Source: a virus
Length of the DNA: 64,000 nucleotides
Direction: 5' to 3' (one strand)
IMG/VR virus record: IMGVR_UViG_3300018962_000001
Span: 121,705-185,704 of that record
The notes below the pieces were generated by a model. The model did no database searches. It saw only the letters and a program-made list of their open reading frames with translations, and was not told the DNA's origin. Position numbers and translations under genes: made by a program. Of the stretch, positions 8,125 through 18,100 are shown in pieces. Each line of letters begins with the position of its first letter. Positions within the stretch are counted from its first letter, which is position 1.

Positions 8125-8534
8125 CTCCAGGCCGCACGGGCCGCCGCCGCCGCCGCCGGGATCGCCGACCGCACGGCCCGGCAGTGCGTCTCCACCAGGG
8201 CTGCGCCGCCGAGAACCGCCAGATGCGCCACTTGATCGCCCCAGATCGCGACGTGGATCGACACCGGATTCGCGGGATCAGTGGTTTGTCGAATCCGTCG
8301 TCGCCACCACTGGAGCGGTACGCGGGTGTCGATCAGGAGATGCGTGAGACCGATCGCGATTGCTACCGGCCAGGAATACACCAGGCGCTGCGCGATCGTA
8401 TGCAGGCCGCTATGCACGTAGGCCGCAGGATGGCGAAGGTCGGTCTTGTTGGTGGCTTGCCATTCGTTCTGCATCATCCAATCGACGATCCAATGAATCA
8501 GCGTGCCCCAGACAAGCTTCTCGGTTGCGCGCAT
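8100..8534 (-). CDS. DUF3307-family membrane protein
   Basis: LIHWIVDWMMQ...K...YVHSGLH...THLLIDT...DQVAHL His/Asp pattern of DUF3307; start MRATEK with RBS. Confidence 0.75.
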   Translation of the reverse strand: MRATEKLVWGTLIHWIVDWMMQNEWQATNKTDLRHPAAYVHSGLHTIAQRLVYSWPVAIAIGLTHLLIDTRVPLQWWRRRIRQTTDPANPVSIHVAIWGDQVAHLAVLGGAALVETHCRAVRSAIPAAAAAARAAWSQDSTASG

Positions 8535-8647
8535 GGCGGTGGTCCTTCCAAAACGAGGGGAGCGGTTCCCGACCACGCCCCCCAGCATAGTCGATTCCCA
8601 CTCCCGCTTGTATCCTAGCACACCCGGTCATTCCCTGCAAGCATCAA

Positions 8648-8929
8648 TCAGGAGCGCGGTGCGATTCGTCGCAAGATCTCCAGATGCTGCATGTTGGTTT
8701 CCTTGATCCCGCGATACCGCCCAATCTCGTGATTGGCATTGGCAACCATCTGTTCGAGCTGGGTATCAATTTGCTGATTCTCCCATTCCAACCGCGCGAT
8801 CATTTCTTCCACCGTTTGGGGATTCCCCGATGGTTCAGGCGATCCGCCAGTCGGTGGGGTATAGGGCGGTGGGTCCAGTCGTTGGGTTGGGCCAGTGGCC
8901 GCCTCTGATCCCGTGGGATTCTGAGTCAT
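8648..8929 (-). CDS. small coiled-coil protein at the end of the tail module
   Basis: GGAGG RBS; coiled-coil-like C-terminal half. Confidence 0.6.
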   Translation of the reverse strand: MTQNPTGSEAATGPTQRLDPPPYTPPTGGSPEPSGNPQTVEEMIARLEWENQQIDTQLEQMVANANHEIGRYRGIKETNMQHLEILRRIAPRS

Positions 8930-8937
8930 GGGTCCTC

Positions 8938-9234
8938 CTAGCGAAGTAAGTGATCGAGTTCTTTGGTGATGACATTCATCAACCCGGTTAATTGCCCGGC
9001 GGCGGCGGCGGGCAGGGGTCGCCAGCTTGGGGGTGGGCCGGACACCACCCCATTTCCTGCGATGGTTGGACCGGGCACCTCACGCCACAACGTAAGACTT
9101 CCTTGCTCCAGGACACGTCCGCCCTGCTGCGCTGGCTTATCCAGCAACGCATACACCACCGTGATGGTCTGATCCGCCGGATTGATCGTGATCATCTGAA
9201 TATCGTACGCGGTGATTGTAACATTTCGGGGCAT
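8938..9234 (-). CDS. hypothetical protein downstream of the tail fibre
   Basis: AAGGAGG RBS before MPRNVT. Confidence 0.6.
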   Translation of the reverse strand: MPRNVTITAYDIQMITINPADQTITVVYALLDKPAQQGGRVLEQGSLTLWREVPGPTIAGNGVVSGPPPSWRPLPAAAAGQLTGLMNVITKELDHLLR

Positions 9235-9244
9235 CCGATCCTCC

Positions 9245-12200
9245 TTATCCCGCGCGCAGGCGCGTGATTTCTGCTTCCAAGGTTTCCACACGCGCAATGA
9301 GTTCTTTTAAGGCGACCAGCTCGGCCAGCGGCAGCTGCGATAAATCGCTCGTCAGCACCGGCGATCCGTCGATCAGGCGGTGATCGGCGTGGGTTCCCAC
9401 CCATTCCGGGGCCACTCCCTGTAGCTCCTGGGCGATAAAGCCCACGGCAGATCGGCCAGCCGTGGTTCCGCCCAGACCATTGAAATCGAATCGATCAGGA
9501 TGGGGCAGCCGCTTAATAAACTCAATCCCGTGCTCATAGGGCCGGATGTTCTCTTTCACACGCCGATCGGAGCTGTCGGCAAACGTGCCGCCACCCGGTT
9601 TGTACACGGTCGTGTCAAAGTACACGGCTCCTGGCGTGATCCCAATCTCACGATACCACGTGACGGACTCACCACGATACCCCGTCCCGGTTCGTTTGCG
9701 TGACCAGAAGAATCCCCAGGTTTGGGCATTCGCGTCCACTTCCATCATGGCCGCATTTGGATTGAAGGTTCCGGTATCCGTGCCCCATACACAGATCCCC
9801 GGTGAGCGGAGCAGGTTGGCTTGGCTTGTTGGGTAGGCATGGAATAATAGCCCGATCGATTGCCCATAGGGATGATAGCCCCACCAGCTCCATCCGGCAT
9901 TGCTTGCTGCGTTTAATTCCAGGCAGGGCCGACTGATCGAGGGCGATCCGTTGGCGTGGCGGAACGGACCCACCGAGATTGCGCTCATGCCGGTAATAAT
10001 GCCGGTGCCATTAATAGCATCGACCGTGACTTTTGCTCCTTGCAGAGTGGCCCCTGTTCCATTGAGCGTCACCAACGACGATCCACACACCAGGCGTGAG
10101 TCCGTTGTACCGACCTGAAGGAGTCCCTGATCGCCCACAATATGCGGGGCATTCGTGTACTGATCGCGCGCCAGTACCCGATACCGCGCTTGTCCATAGA
10201 CTCCCGCATGCACCACTTGAATGTAGTGGCCGATCCCGACCGGCGACCCTCCTCCATCGACCTCATGGGTGATGCGATCTTCGGACACCAGCCGCGCTGC
10301 GGTATCATACCAGCGATAGAGGAAGTAATCATCTGCACGGTTGATCGTCATACCTGCCGCACTTAAGATGAGATTCCCGCCTCCGGCCAGCACTCGACCT
10401 GCCGCGCCGACAAACAGATCCCCGCTTACATTCAGTGACCCGGTATTCGCACTCACTGCCGATAGACTACTGGCCCGAATGGTATCTGACACAATCAAGT
10501 TGCCATGAATCTGCGCGTGGGCGATCTGCCGCAGGGACGGATTATAAAAGTCGTTGCGAACGGTCACTCCGGCATTATAGAAGTTCAAAAACCGAAGCCG
10601 AATATAGCGTGTGTTGGGAAGCATCCGATAATGCCAAAGCACGTTCTTGCCCTGCGGAATTTCCGGCTCCGTCGCACTTTGCCGAAGGAGATACATCGCG
10701 AGATCGCGCCATTCACCGCCATACACCGATCCATACCACCAGTACGGGTTGAGCTGATCCGCTTCCCAGGTACGATTAATCGCGTGAAACGGCGTGATCG
10801 CGATCGCTTGTTTATTCTCATCATAGGGCAAGAGGCCCACGAATCGGGTTCCGGTTGCGTCAGGATGATCGGAATACACGCTCAGGGTAAACTCGTAGGA
10901 ACTATTCGGATCGACCTCGATCAAATCACTATGGACGATCGCATCACCACTGGTCGTGAGGCGTAACGTCCGCACCGGCACGCCCTGCTTGGTTCGATCC
11001 ATGACCAGAGTGCCCGCTGTTTCCCATCCGATCCAGCCGGTGAGTCGGTTGGTTTGTGAGAAGTTGTTGAGTAAATTGCTGGGTGATCCGAGGACAAGCT
11101 TTTGCGCGGTAATCGTTCCATCTTGCAGATGCACGCCACGCAGCTGCCGCCGTACATCGACCTCATCCAGATAGATGCTGAGGGGCGTTGCGGTGGTTGC
11201 GGTTGTGCGCACCGCGAACGATGCCCAGAGAACACCAGGAGGGACCGTATAGACATATTCGAACAACGTCCACGTTGCCGGGATCGGCACCCCACTGATG
11301 ACATCCGACACGCTGGTCCTCGCGGTTGCGGTAATCCAGTCGCCCACGACATCAGCATTGGCTTCTTGCAGGCGTAGTGCGAACTGCCCCGCCCCGCCGG
11401 TGCCCATCACCTTGACGCGCACCGTATAGGTTGCGCCAGGGGTGACCGGAATCTTGCGTGCGCCCACCGCGCTGCTGGTGCTGGTGGTGCATTGAATCGA
11501 TGCTCGACCTTCGGTACGGTAGGTCGTCGAGATCCCCAGGGTGCCTGATCCTTCCACGATCGTCCACCCTTCGGTCCCGGCCTCGCCGGAGGGATTCAGG
11601 ATCAGATTGTCACTCCAGGTTCCGATGGCAATCTTGGACGCCGTGATCGAGTTGGCGGCCAGCGCTGCCGCGGTGATCGTGCCGGTCTGAATGGCTCCGC
11701 CATTGATATTCGTAATCCCCCCACCATTCCCGACGACACTGAAAGCCGATCCATCATATTGAATATACTCACTGGCACTTCCGAAACGGAAGGTGCCATT
11801 ATTTCGTATATAGACCGGCCAGGTGGTCCCCGTATAATAGCCGAGGTACTCTGCTGTCAGGTTTAACCCAGCCGTTGGCCCCCCGCCCGTCAAGGCTGCT
11901 CCATTGATAGCCGACGATCCCGGCTGAATCGTGACCTGGCCCTTCACGGCGAGAGTCGATCCATCCCAGCTCACGCCGCTCGTCAGTATGCCGTTTGCGG
12001 TTGCTCCAACGCGGAAGATACTGGTATGCGCGGGCACGCCATTGGGCGGGGTGGCTCCCGTGGTTTGCAGCCATACCCCGTTGCCGGACAACCAATCCGT
12101 CGCCCCTGATCGGATCGCGCCACCACGCGCTACGACCAGGCCCGTGGATTCAAGCTGCACAGCGGGATTCGCCGCTGTGCCGCCAAAGCCGCCACGAGTC

Positions 12201-15169
12201 CACCAGAGCGTTCCTTGATTGTCGATGCGGCCCGTTTCCTGGCTGCCGAAATACCCCGAGATCGCCGACGTGGACATGACAAAGCCACTGCTTGTCGTCC
12301 CAACTCCCGGAGCACTTTCGACAATCAAGCCTTCGGTCAAGGACAGGCGGCGACCCATAAACAGCTGCGCGGCCTCATAGGTTTCGACCCGGATTTCACT
12401 TAAGGTGGTCGCCTGGGCAAAGTGGACGATCAACCGCCGTGTGGTGATATTCCGCACCAAGCGAGTTTCCGGGGCGATGTGGATGTCGCCGAAGCGCCAG
12501 GTTCGCGCATAGCTGGTCCCGATCGCCTGGAGTGGTTCGGCGACATAGAATGCTGCATGCGCTCCAGGGACCGTCTCGGCGACCCGCCGAAGGAGGATAT
12601 TGCCTGGTGTTCCAACGACCGTATGATCACTCGCACTATTGGCAACCAGGGCTGTTAACGTCCCATCAGTCTGCTCAAATTCGATCCACCAGGCGGGAGT
12701 CACCGCCGTTGCCGCGGCCAGGGTCAGTCCCGTGATATTGCGGGCAAGCGGAAACTCGATCGTAAACGACTCGCCAGCGGCGATCGGGATCGCGTCGGTA
12801 TCCATCCGGCCATTGACCAGCGCCTCGATGCCTGGGTCGGACGCCGGGCGCAGCGTTGAAAACATGCGGAGCTGCTGCATCGTTGCCAGATCATGGAATC
12901 CGAGGTCGAGCGCCGCAACCATGATCTCCGCTGCCGGACTATACGGGCTTACCCGATTAAACACATCCTGCCAGCGATATTGGACCCGATAAGTCTGGGC
13001 CGCTGGGGCAAAGACGGTGGTGCGGCGATCCGGGGCCGGGATGGGGATCAGCAGATCCGGCGCGAGAATCGCATCACTATTGGGCGCACTCAGAAAGGGT
13101 GCTCCGTCAAAGAGCATCTGCGTGCTGCGAAGGAAGGCGGGCAACGGCTCTGTGACCGGAACACTGGCCGTCATTTGTTTAAAGATCGTCTCGATCGCGG
13201 GCGGGGTGCGGGGGGCTGCCGCGATCGGAGCAACACAGATCCGGGTGACCCACGCGCTGCGGCCCGCCGTGGGACTTGTCTGGGAAAAGACATCGATGGA
13301 TCGAATTGCAACCATCACGGTGGATTCCGGGTAGCGGGCGTGATCCGGCGACTCCGGGCTATCCTGAAGGTTCTCCGCAAGGGTGTATGTTGCGCGCACC
13401 GGCTGGCCCGGCAACCCGACCCGACGCCGAATCACTGCCTGAGACGATCGCCACTCCACCTCATAGCCCATCCAGGCCCGGCGCATCACTGGGGGCGTCC
13501 AGGTGACTTCCAGATCAGGGGTTGCGGTTTGTGCATTGTCCCAGGTGCTGATTAACTGGCTCGGCGGATCGGGCGGCGTTGGGTAGCGATTCACGATCCC
13601 AACCCAGGCAGAGGTTCCGCCCAAGAAGACATCGCGCCGTCGTATGCGCAGGAATACCTCGCTTCGTAATCCGACCGTCACATGCGTGTCATACCGATAG
13701 ATGATCTGCGACGGATTCCCTGTCAGCAGCCCCGCGTGCAGCAGTTCAGTCTGATCGGCAGACCACCACTCGTACTCAATGCCCCGCCAACTATCCCGCG
13801 CCGCGACGTGATCCCACGTCACCACAATATCGAGGTCGGGTCCAGGTGCGGGTGTTTCGGGCGACCACGAGGTGCGTACTCCGGTCGGGGGACTCGGCGG
13901 CGAGGGATAGAGCACAGTCACGCGCTCCGATTCCGTCCTGCGCCCGAAGGCATCCTGCGCCGCGACGACCAGGCGCAGGTGCGCAACCGGCTGTTGGTCC
14001 GCCGCTTCGCTATCACTGGCATTTTGATCGAGCCGATACGTGTACTGCGGTGATCCTGCTGCAAGATCCACGATTCGCCGCGGGGACCCATCGAGATTCA
14101 GAATGGTTAATTGATAATTTACAAGGGCCGGAAGGACCGGCTGGCTGTGCCAGCGCAGCGTCAAATCCACCGCGGGATCGGCCTCATCACGCCAGTTCAT
14201 CCGGCTCCACAGGGGCGCAGGCAGCGGAGGATAGCGCGCACTAATTGCCGCTGGAGACGAGCGATTCCCATCGTGATCGCGCGTGCGGATGATGATCGTC
14301 ACCGCCGCCGCCGCCGCCGGGCCATCGCTCTGGTTGTCCTCAATCGCATAGGTGAACGTGCTCTGGATTCCGGCGATCTCCACGATCCGGCGCACCGATC
14401 CCTGGAAGTCTTGCACTTCCACGGTGTAGCCTGCGAAGTCGGACGGGATTAAGTCAGGATTCGTCCAGCGAATTGTAAGGCTGGGGTCCGGCAGCGAGGA
14501 CGCCTCCCAGGAGGCACTATGCGTAGCCCCAGGCCGGAAATCAAAGCGGACGGGATCGGGCGGTGTGCGATCCGCCGTTGCGATCGCCGTATGTGGAGTG
14601 CTCCACTCGCCGGTTTCGCCAGTGCTTAGGACTGCCTGGACGTGGACCTGATACTCGCCAGGCGGAACGATGATCGTCCCTTGGTGGTCCGACGCCGGAA
14701 CCCGGTGATCATGAATCGATCCTGTGGTCGATCGGGCTTGGAGTCGATACTCAGCCAGATGGGCGACCGCGACTCCTTCCCAGAACCCCGTTAGTTGCTT
14801 TACGCCACCCACCACAGCAGGATCACGCCACACGGGCGGCGCAATGCGTGGGGCGGTTGGGCGGGGGGCATACGATGGCGCGGAGCGGCGATCGGCGGTG
14901 GCGACCGCCGCCACCAGGCCCACGATCACGCCATCCCGGATCGTGACGGTTGGTGTTGTCCCCCGCTGCACAGCGGCAGCAAGGTGATCCGTGAGATCGC
15001 GTCCGGCAATCGGCATCACGAGCGCACTGGGAGATCCCGCCATTCGAACGCGCGCGGTTTGATCATCTCGACTAACGCGATCCACATTCCCTTCGTGAAA
15101 ACTCACCGAAGGAGTGGTGAGCGCGGACACCACGCGCCGCTGGATTGCTCGCAGATCTCGATTCGCCAT
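9245..15169 (-). CDS. central tail fibre / host-specificity protein with FN3-like repeats, CBM-like domains and a C-terminal peptidase S74 intramolecular chaperone
   Basis: C-terminal SDRRVKENIRP...GFIAQELQGVAPEWV...coiled coil is the S74 pattern; NLILNPSGEAGTEGW is CBM-like; ITAAALAANSITASKI is a fibre repeat; start MANRDL after GGAG. Confidence 0.8.
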   Translation of the reverse strand: MANRDLRAIQRRVVSALTTPSVSFHEGNVDRVSRDDQTARVRMAGSPSALVMPIAGRDLTDHLAAAVQRGTTPTVTIRDGVIVGLVAAVATADRRSAPSYAPRPTAPRIAPPVWRDPAVVGGVKQLTGFWEGVAVAHLAEYRLQARSTTGSIHDHRVPASDHQGTIIVPPGEYQVHVQAVLSTGETGEWSTPHTAIATADRTPPDPVRFDFRPGATHSASWEASSLPDPSLTIRWTNPDLIPSDFAGYTVEVQDFQGSVRRIVEIAGIQSTFTYAIEDNQSDGPAAAAAVTIIIRTRDHDGNRSSPAAISARYPPLPAPLWSRMNWRDEADPAVDLTLRWHSQPVLPALVNYQLTILNLDGSPRRIVDLAAGSPQYTYRLDQNASDSEAADQQPVAHLRLVVAAQDAFGRRTESERVTVLYPSPPSPPTGVRTSWSPETPAPGPDLDIVVTWDHVAARDSWRGIEYEWWSADQTELLHAGLLTGNPSQIIYRYDTHVTVGLRSEVFLRIRRRDVFLGGTSAWVGIVNRYPTPPDPPSQLISTWDNAQTATPDLEVTWTPPVMRRAWMGYEVEWRSSQAVIRRRVGLPGQPVRATYTLAENLQDSPESPDHARYPESTVMVAIRSIDVFSQTSPTAGRSAWVTRICVAPIAAAPRTPPAIETIFKQMTASVPVTEPLPAFLRSTQMLFDGAPFLSAPNSDAILAPDLLIPIPAPDRRTTVFAPAAQTYRVQYRWQDVFNRVSPYSPAAEIMVAALDLGFHDLATMQQLRMFSTLRPASDPGIEALVNGRMDTDAIPIAAGESFTIEFPLARNITGLTLAAATAVTPAWWIEFEQTDGTLTALVANSASDHTVVGTPGNILLRRVAETVPGAHAAFYVAEPLQAIGTSYARTWRFGDIHIAPETRLVRNITTRRLIVHFAQATTLSEIRVETYEAAQLFMGRRLSLTEGLIVESAPGVGTTSSGFVMSTSAISGYFGSQETGRIDNQGTLWWTRGGFGGTAANPAVQLESTGLVVARGGAIRSGATDWLSGNGVWLQTTGATPPNGVPAHTSIFRVGATANGILTSGVSWDGSTLAVKGQVTIQPGSSAINGAALTGGGPTAGLNLTAEYLGYYTGTTWPVYIRNNGTFRFGSASEYIQYDGSAFSVVGNGGGITNINGGAIQTGTITAAALAANSITASKIAIGTWSDNLILNPSGEAGTEGWTIVEGSGTLGISTTYRTEGRASIQCTTSTSSAVGARKIPVTPGATYTVRVKVMGTGGAGQFALRLQEANADVVGDWITATARTSVSDVISGVPIPATWTLFEYVYTVPPGVLWASFAVRTTATTATPLSIYLDEVDVRRQLRGVHLQDGTITAQKLVLGSPSNLLNNFSQTNRLTGWIGWETAGTLVMDRTKQGVPVRTLRLTTSGDAIVHSDLIEVDPNSSYEFTLSVYSDHPDATGTRFVGLLPYDENKQAIAITPFHAINRTWEADQLNPYWWYGSVYGGEWRDLAMYLLRQSATEPEIPQGKNVLWHYRMLPNTRYIRLRFLNFYNAGVTVRNDFYNPSLRQIAHAQIHGNLIVSDTIRASSLSAVSANTGSLNVSGDLFVGAAGRVLAGGGNLILSAAGMTINRADDYFLYRWYDTAARLVSEDRITHEVDGGGSPVGIGHYIQVVHAGVYGQARYRVLARDQYTNAPHIVGDQGLLQVGTTDSRLVCGSSLVTLNGTGATLQGAKVTVDAINGTGIITGMSAISVGPFRHANGSPSISRPCLELNAASNAGWSWWGYHPYGQSIGLLFHAYPTSQANLLRSPGICVWGTDTGTFNPNAAMMEVDANAQTWGFFWSRKRTGTGYRGESVTWYREIGITPGAVYFDTTVYKPGGGTFADSSDRRVKENIRPYEHGIEFIKRLPHPDRFDFNGLGGTTAGRSAVGFIAQELQGVAPEWVGTHADHRLIDGSPVLTSDLSQLPLAELVALKELIARVETLEAEITRLRAG

Positions 15170-15173
15170 TGCC

Positions 15174-18100
15174 TTACTCCCGTGGTTGATAGTAGCGAGC
15201 GCGGACCAGGGCGGTTGCATTTTGCTCCTGGAGCCGAACCGTCATTTGTGCGCTCATCGCAGGACTCTGCTCCTGCCGCTCCCAGGAGCGCTGCACGCCC
15301 ATGATATACAGGGGGCCATTGGTATCGTCGAGCGTGTTGGTAACCTCGACCAGATCAAACCGTTCATATTGAAGGGACGGATGCACCGGATACGCGCGCG
15401 GACGGAGACTTCGCTCAATGGTTAACAACTCTTGCCAGGCGCGCTCCCGACATTCGTCCTCATCGCGTAATCCATCAACCGAGATGACCCGCCACAGGAG
15501 TCGTCCGATTCGCTCCGCGATGGTTGGCGAGTACGCTGATCCCCAGATTTGAAGGCCACTTGCGGTTTTGGAGACGACCCGGATGGCGCACGGCAACTGG
15601 TCATAGGCCACGCTATAGCCGCCCCCCATGATTCGCGCATCGCGCAGCGTTCCAACCGGCGTGTGGGCCAGGGTCCGCCCCACACGCAGCGTTCGTCCAT
15701 CGGCGACCATCCAGGCTTGGCGACCCTCCAGCAGCGTCGTCAGATATTTATCGAGCGTTTCCCCTGGCGGAATCGGATCGTAGTTGGCGAGGCCAAGCCA
15801 CGGAATGCGTACCTGATAAATCGTCGTCGTTTGATGGGTGCCACCGACCATCCCTAGTCCCGCCGAAAGACCCCAATACCCTTCGGCTACCAAGGTCTCA
15901 TCGTAGAAGGTCCGGGCGAGGACGCCATTGGCGTACACGCTATACCACGGTCCATCGACGACAAAGCGAAACCATGTCCGCCCCTCCCCATTCCCAAAGA
16001 TCGGCACGAGACTTTCCGACTCGGCAAATCCCACAAAGGTCGGGCCTTCCGGCTGGGGCGCGTTCACATATAAGCGGACACGCGCCCAGCGCGGATCAGT
16101 GGCATCGACACACCCACCGCCAATGGAGATCGTGAGCAGGGCATACCGTTGTCCGTCCGGACTGGCGCGCGCCAAGATCCCAAATCCGCCGGTCCCCTCC
16201 ATTTGCATATCGAGATCGATCACGAGATTCTGCGCCCAGACCCCGCTTTGCAGCCCCCAGATCCGATACATTGGAGCACGCCCAGTATCCACATACTGGA
16301 GGCGGCCCGGATCGACACGCCAGTGGCTTTCCGCAGGCTGGCCCGCGAGATCGCGTCCGCCCAGGACCGTCCAGCCGTTCAGTGATCCCGAAGCCCAGCG
16401 CTCATCCAGCTGGGCTTCGGCGCGGAGATGGGTAAAGCCGCGTTGCGTCGCGATCCGGTGTAAGAATTCCTCAACGGTGGTTTCGCGCTCGTGACTCACG
16501 ACCCGAATCATATCAAAATGTGTTGCGACTGCATAGTCGTTGATCGTAACGGGTTTTTCGGGATCATTGAGATCCTGATGGGAATACAGCGCCGTTTGGA
16601 CCTCCAAGGGCGGAATCTCGACTCGAACCGCACAGTTGGCAGTGGATTGCAGCTCTCCGTAGCTCTGTCCATCTGGTCCAGCGAGCAAGACATCCAAGAG
16701 GGGCACCGGGTCCTCAATATTAATATAGGTAAATCCATCGATCTGCACGAGAATGCGGTGCATTTGGTGAGTCACTTCGACCTCATGGAATTGCGGCCAG
16801 GTCGTTTGCGCTCCCTCAATCATCGGCACGGCGCTGGATCGTGCCAGCAGGGTCCGATAGATGTTCTGCCGGAGGTCACGGGTGGCTTTGCCCGTTTGGG
16901 GATCGCGATACTCATACGTTGCTCGGACTTTCCACAGCTCCATCCCGACGCAAGTCCGCCCCCACTTCACAATATAGTATTGTGAGAAGTCGCTGGATGC
17001 GCCGAACACAATGCCGACTGTTTGACGACCTCCCAGATCGGGATCTTCTGGCATCACCGTGATCGCATGATGCGGATGCATGGTGCGGACGTTCACCGCA
17101 ATGGTGACCCGCCCTGCCAAGCCGGTGGTAAATCCGAGCCAGTGGACACCGGGTTCCATGCCCCCCTCGTCGTGGGAAGCGGTCGTAATATACTGTTCGC
17201 CGTGCGCTTGATCATTAACCCAGCGCCATTTTGACTGGGCCACCGGCACCAGTGCTTGCAAATCCGATTCGGTATCAAAGCGATAGGTGACGCGCTCTCC
17301 CGGATCGGGCACCACAATGGCGCGATCGGTTTGGCCGTGCCGGATCTGATTGCTATAATCCGTGGCTTGTACCTGAAGGGTCCCCGCCACGTTCGCAACA
17401 TCCTGGGGTCCGACCTGATCAATATGTCCTTGAAACACCCGCACAAGCTCGGTGTCTCGCCAGACTGATTCGCCGGTTGTGTACGCGCTCACCTGGGAGC
17501 CGTGTTCGAGCTGGGCTGCGTCTGCGAAAAAACTCTGGTGGAGATCCGTGACTCCGGTAAATCGCACAAAAAAGGCCGCGTGCGTCCGATCCGGCTGATC
17601 TGCCCGAAACGGGGCGGACACTCGTCGCCAGGTGCCAACTGCCTCGGCGACCAAACCGACGAGCAGCACCTGCGCCGCCGCCGCCACCGCGCCGCCGCGA
17701 TACACGGCATGCAGCTCGATCGTCCCGGTGCCGGGAACTGTCTCATTGCGGACATGGATCGAGAAGGTATCGGTGACCGCAGGATCGATCGGCTGATCCG
17801 TCACTCCGACCTGAAGAAACGTGGTTGGTTGGACCGCGATCACATGCAGCCCAACCACGCCGTCATAGGCCGCGTGGGCACTTCGCTCCAGATGAGAGGC
17901 CGAATCCCCCGTCGTCCATCCGACCGAATCTGACTCGACCGAAGGATTCCGCAGCCGGTTGACCAGCGTGCCCTGGCCGACATAGCCCGCCCGGATCTCC
18001 AATTCTCCCCCATAGCGAACAAGGGGATGATCGTGATACAGGCGCAGCTCATTCTTCAGCGTAATATCTCCCTGTGCCGCCGCCGTTGGGTTTTCGGGTT

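Noticed and set aside
6938..8137. 399-aa minus-strand ORF
   Set aside because: It overlaps two tRNAs and two plus-strand genes with good RBSs; shadow ORF.
9245..15169. Diversity-generating retroelement acting on the tail fibre
   Set aside because: No reverse transcriptase motif and no TR/VR repeat pair were seen in the window.
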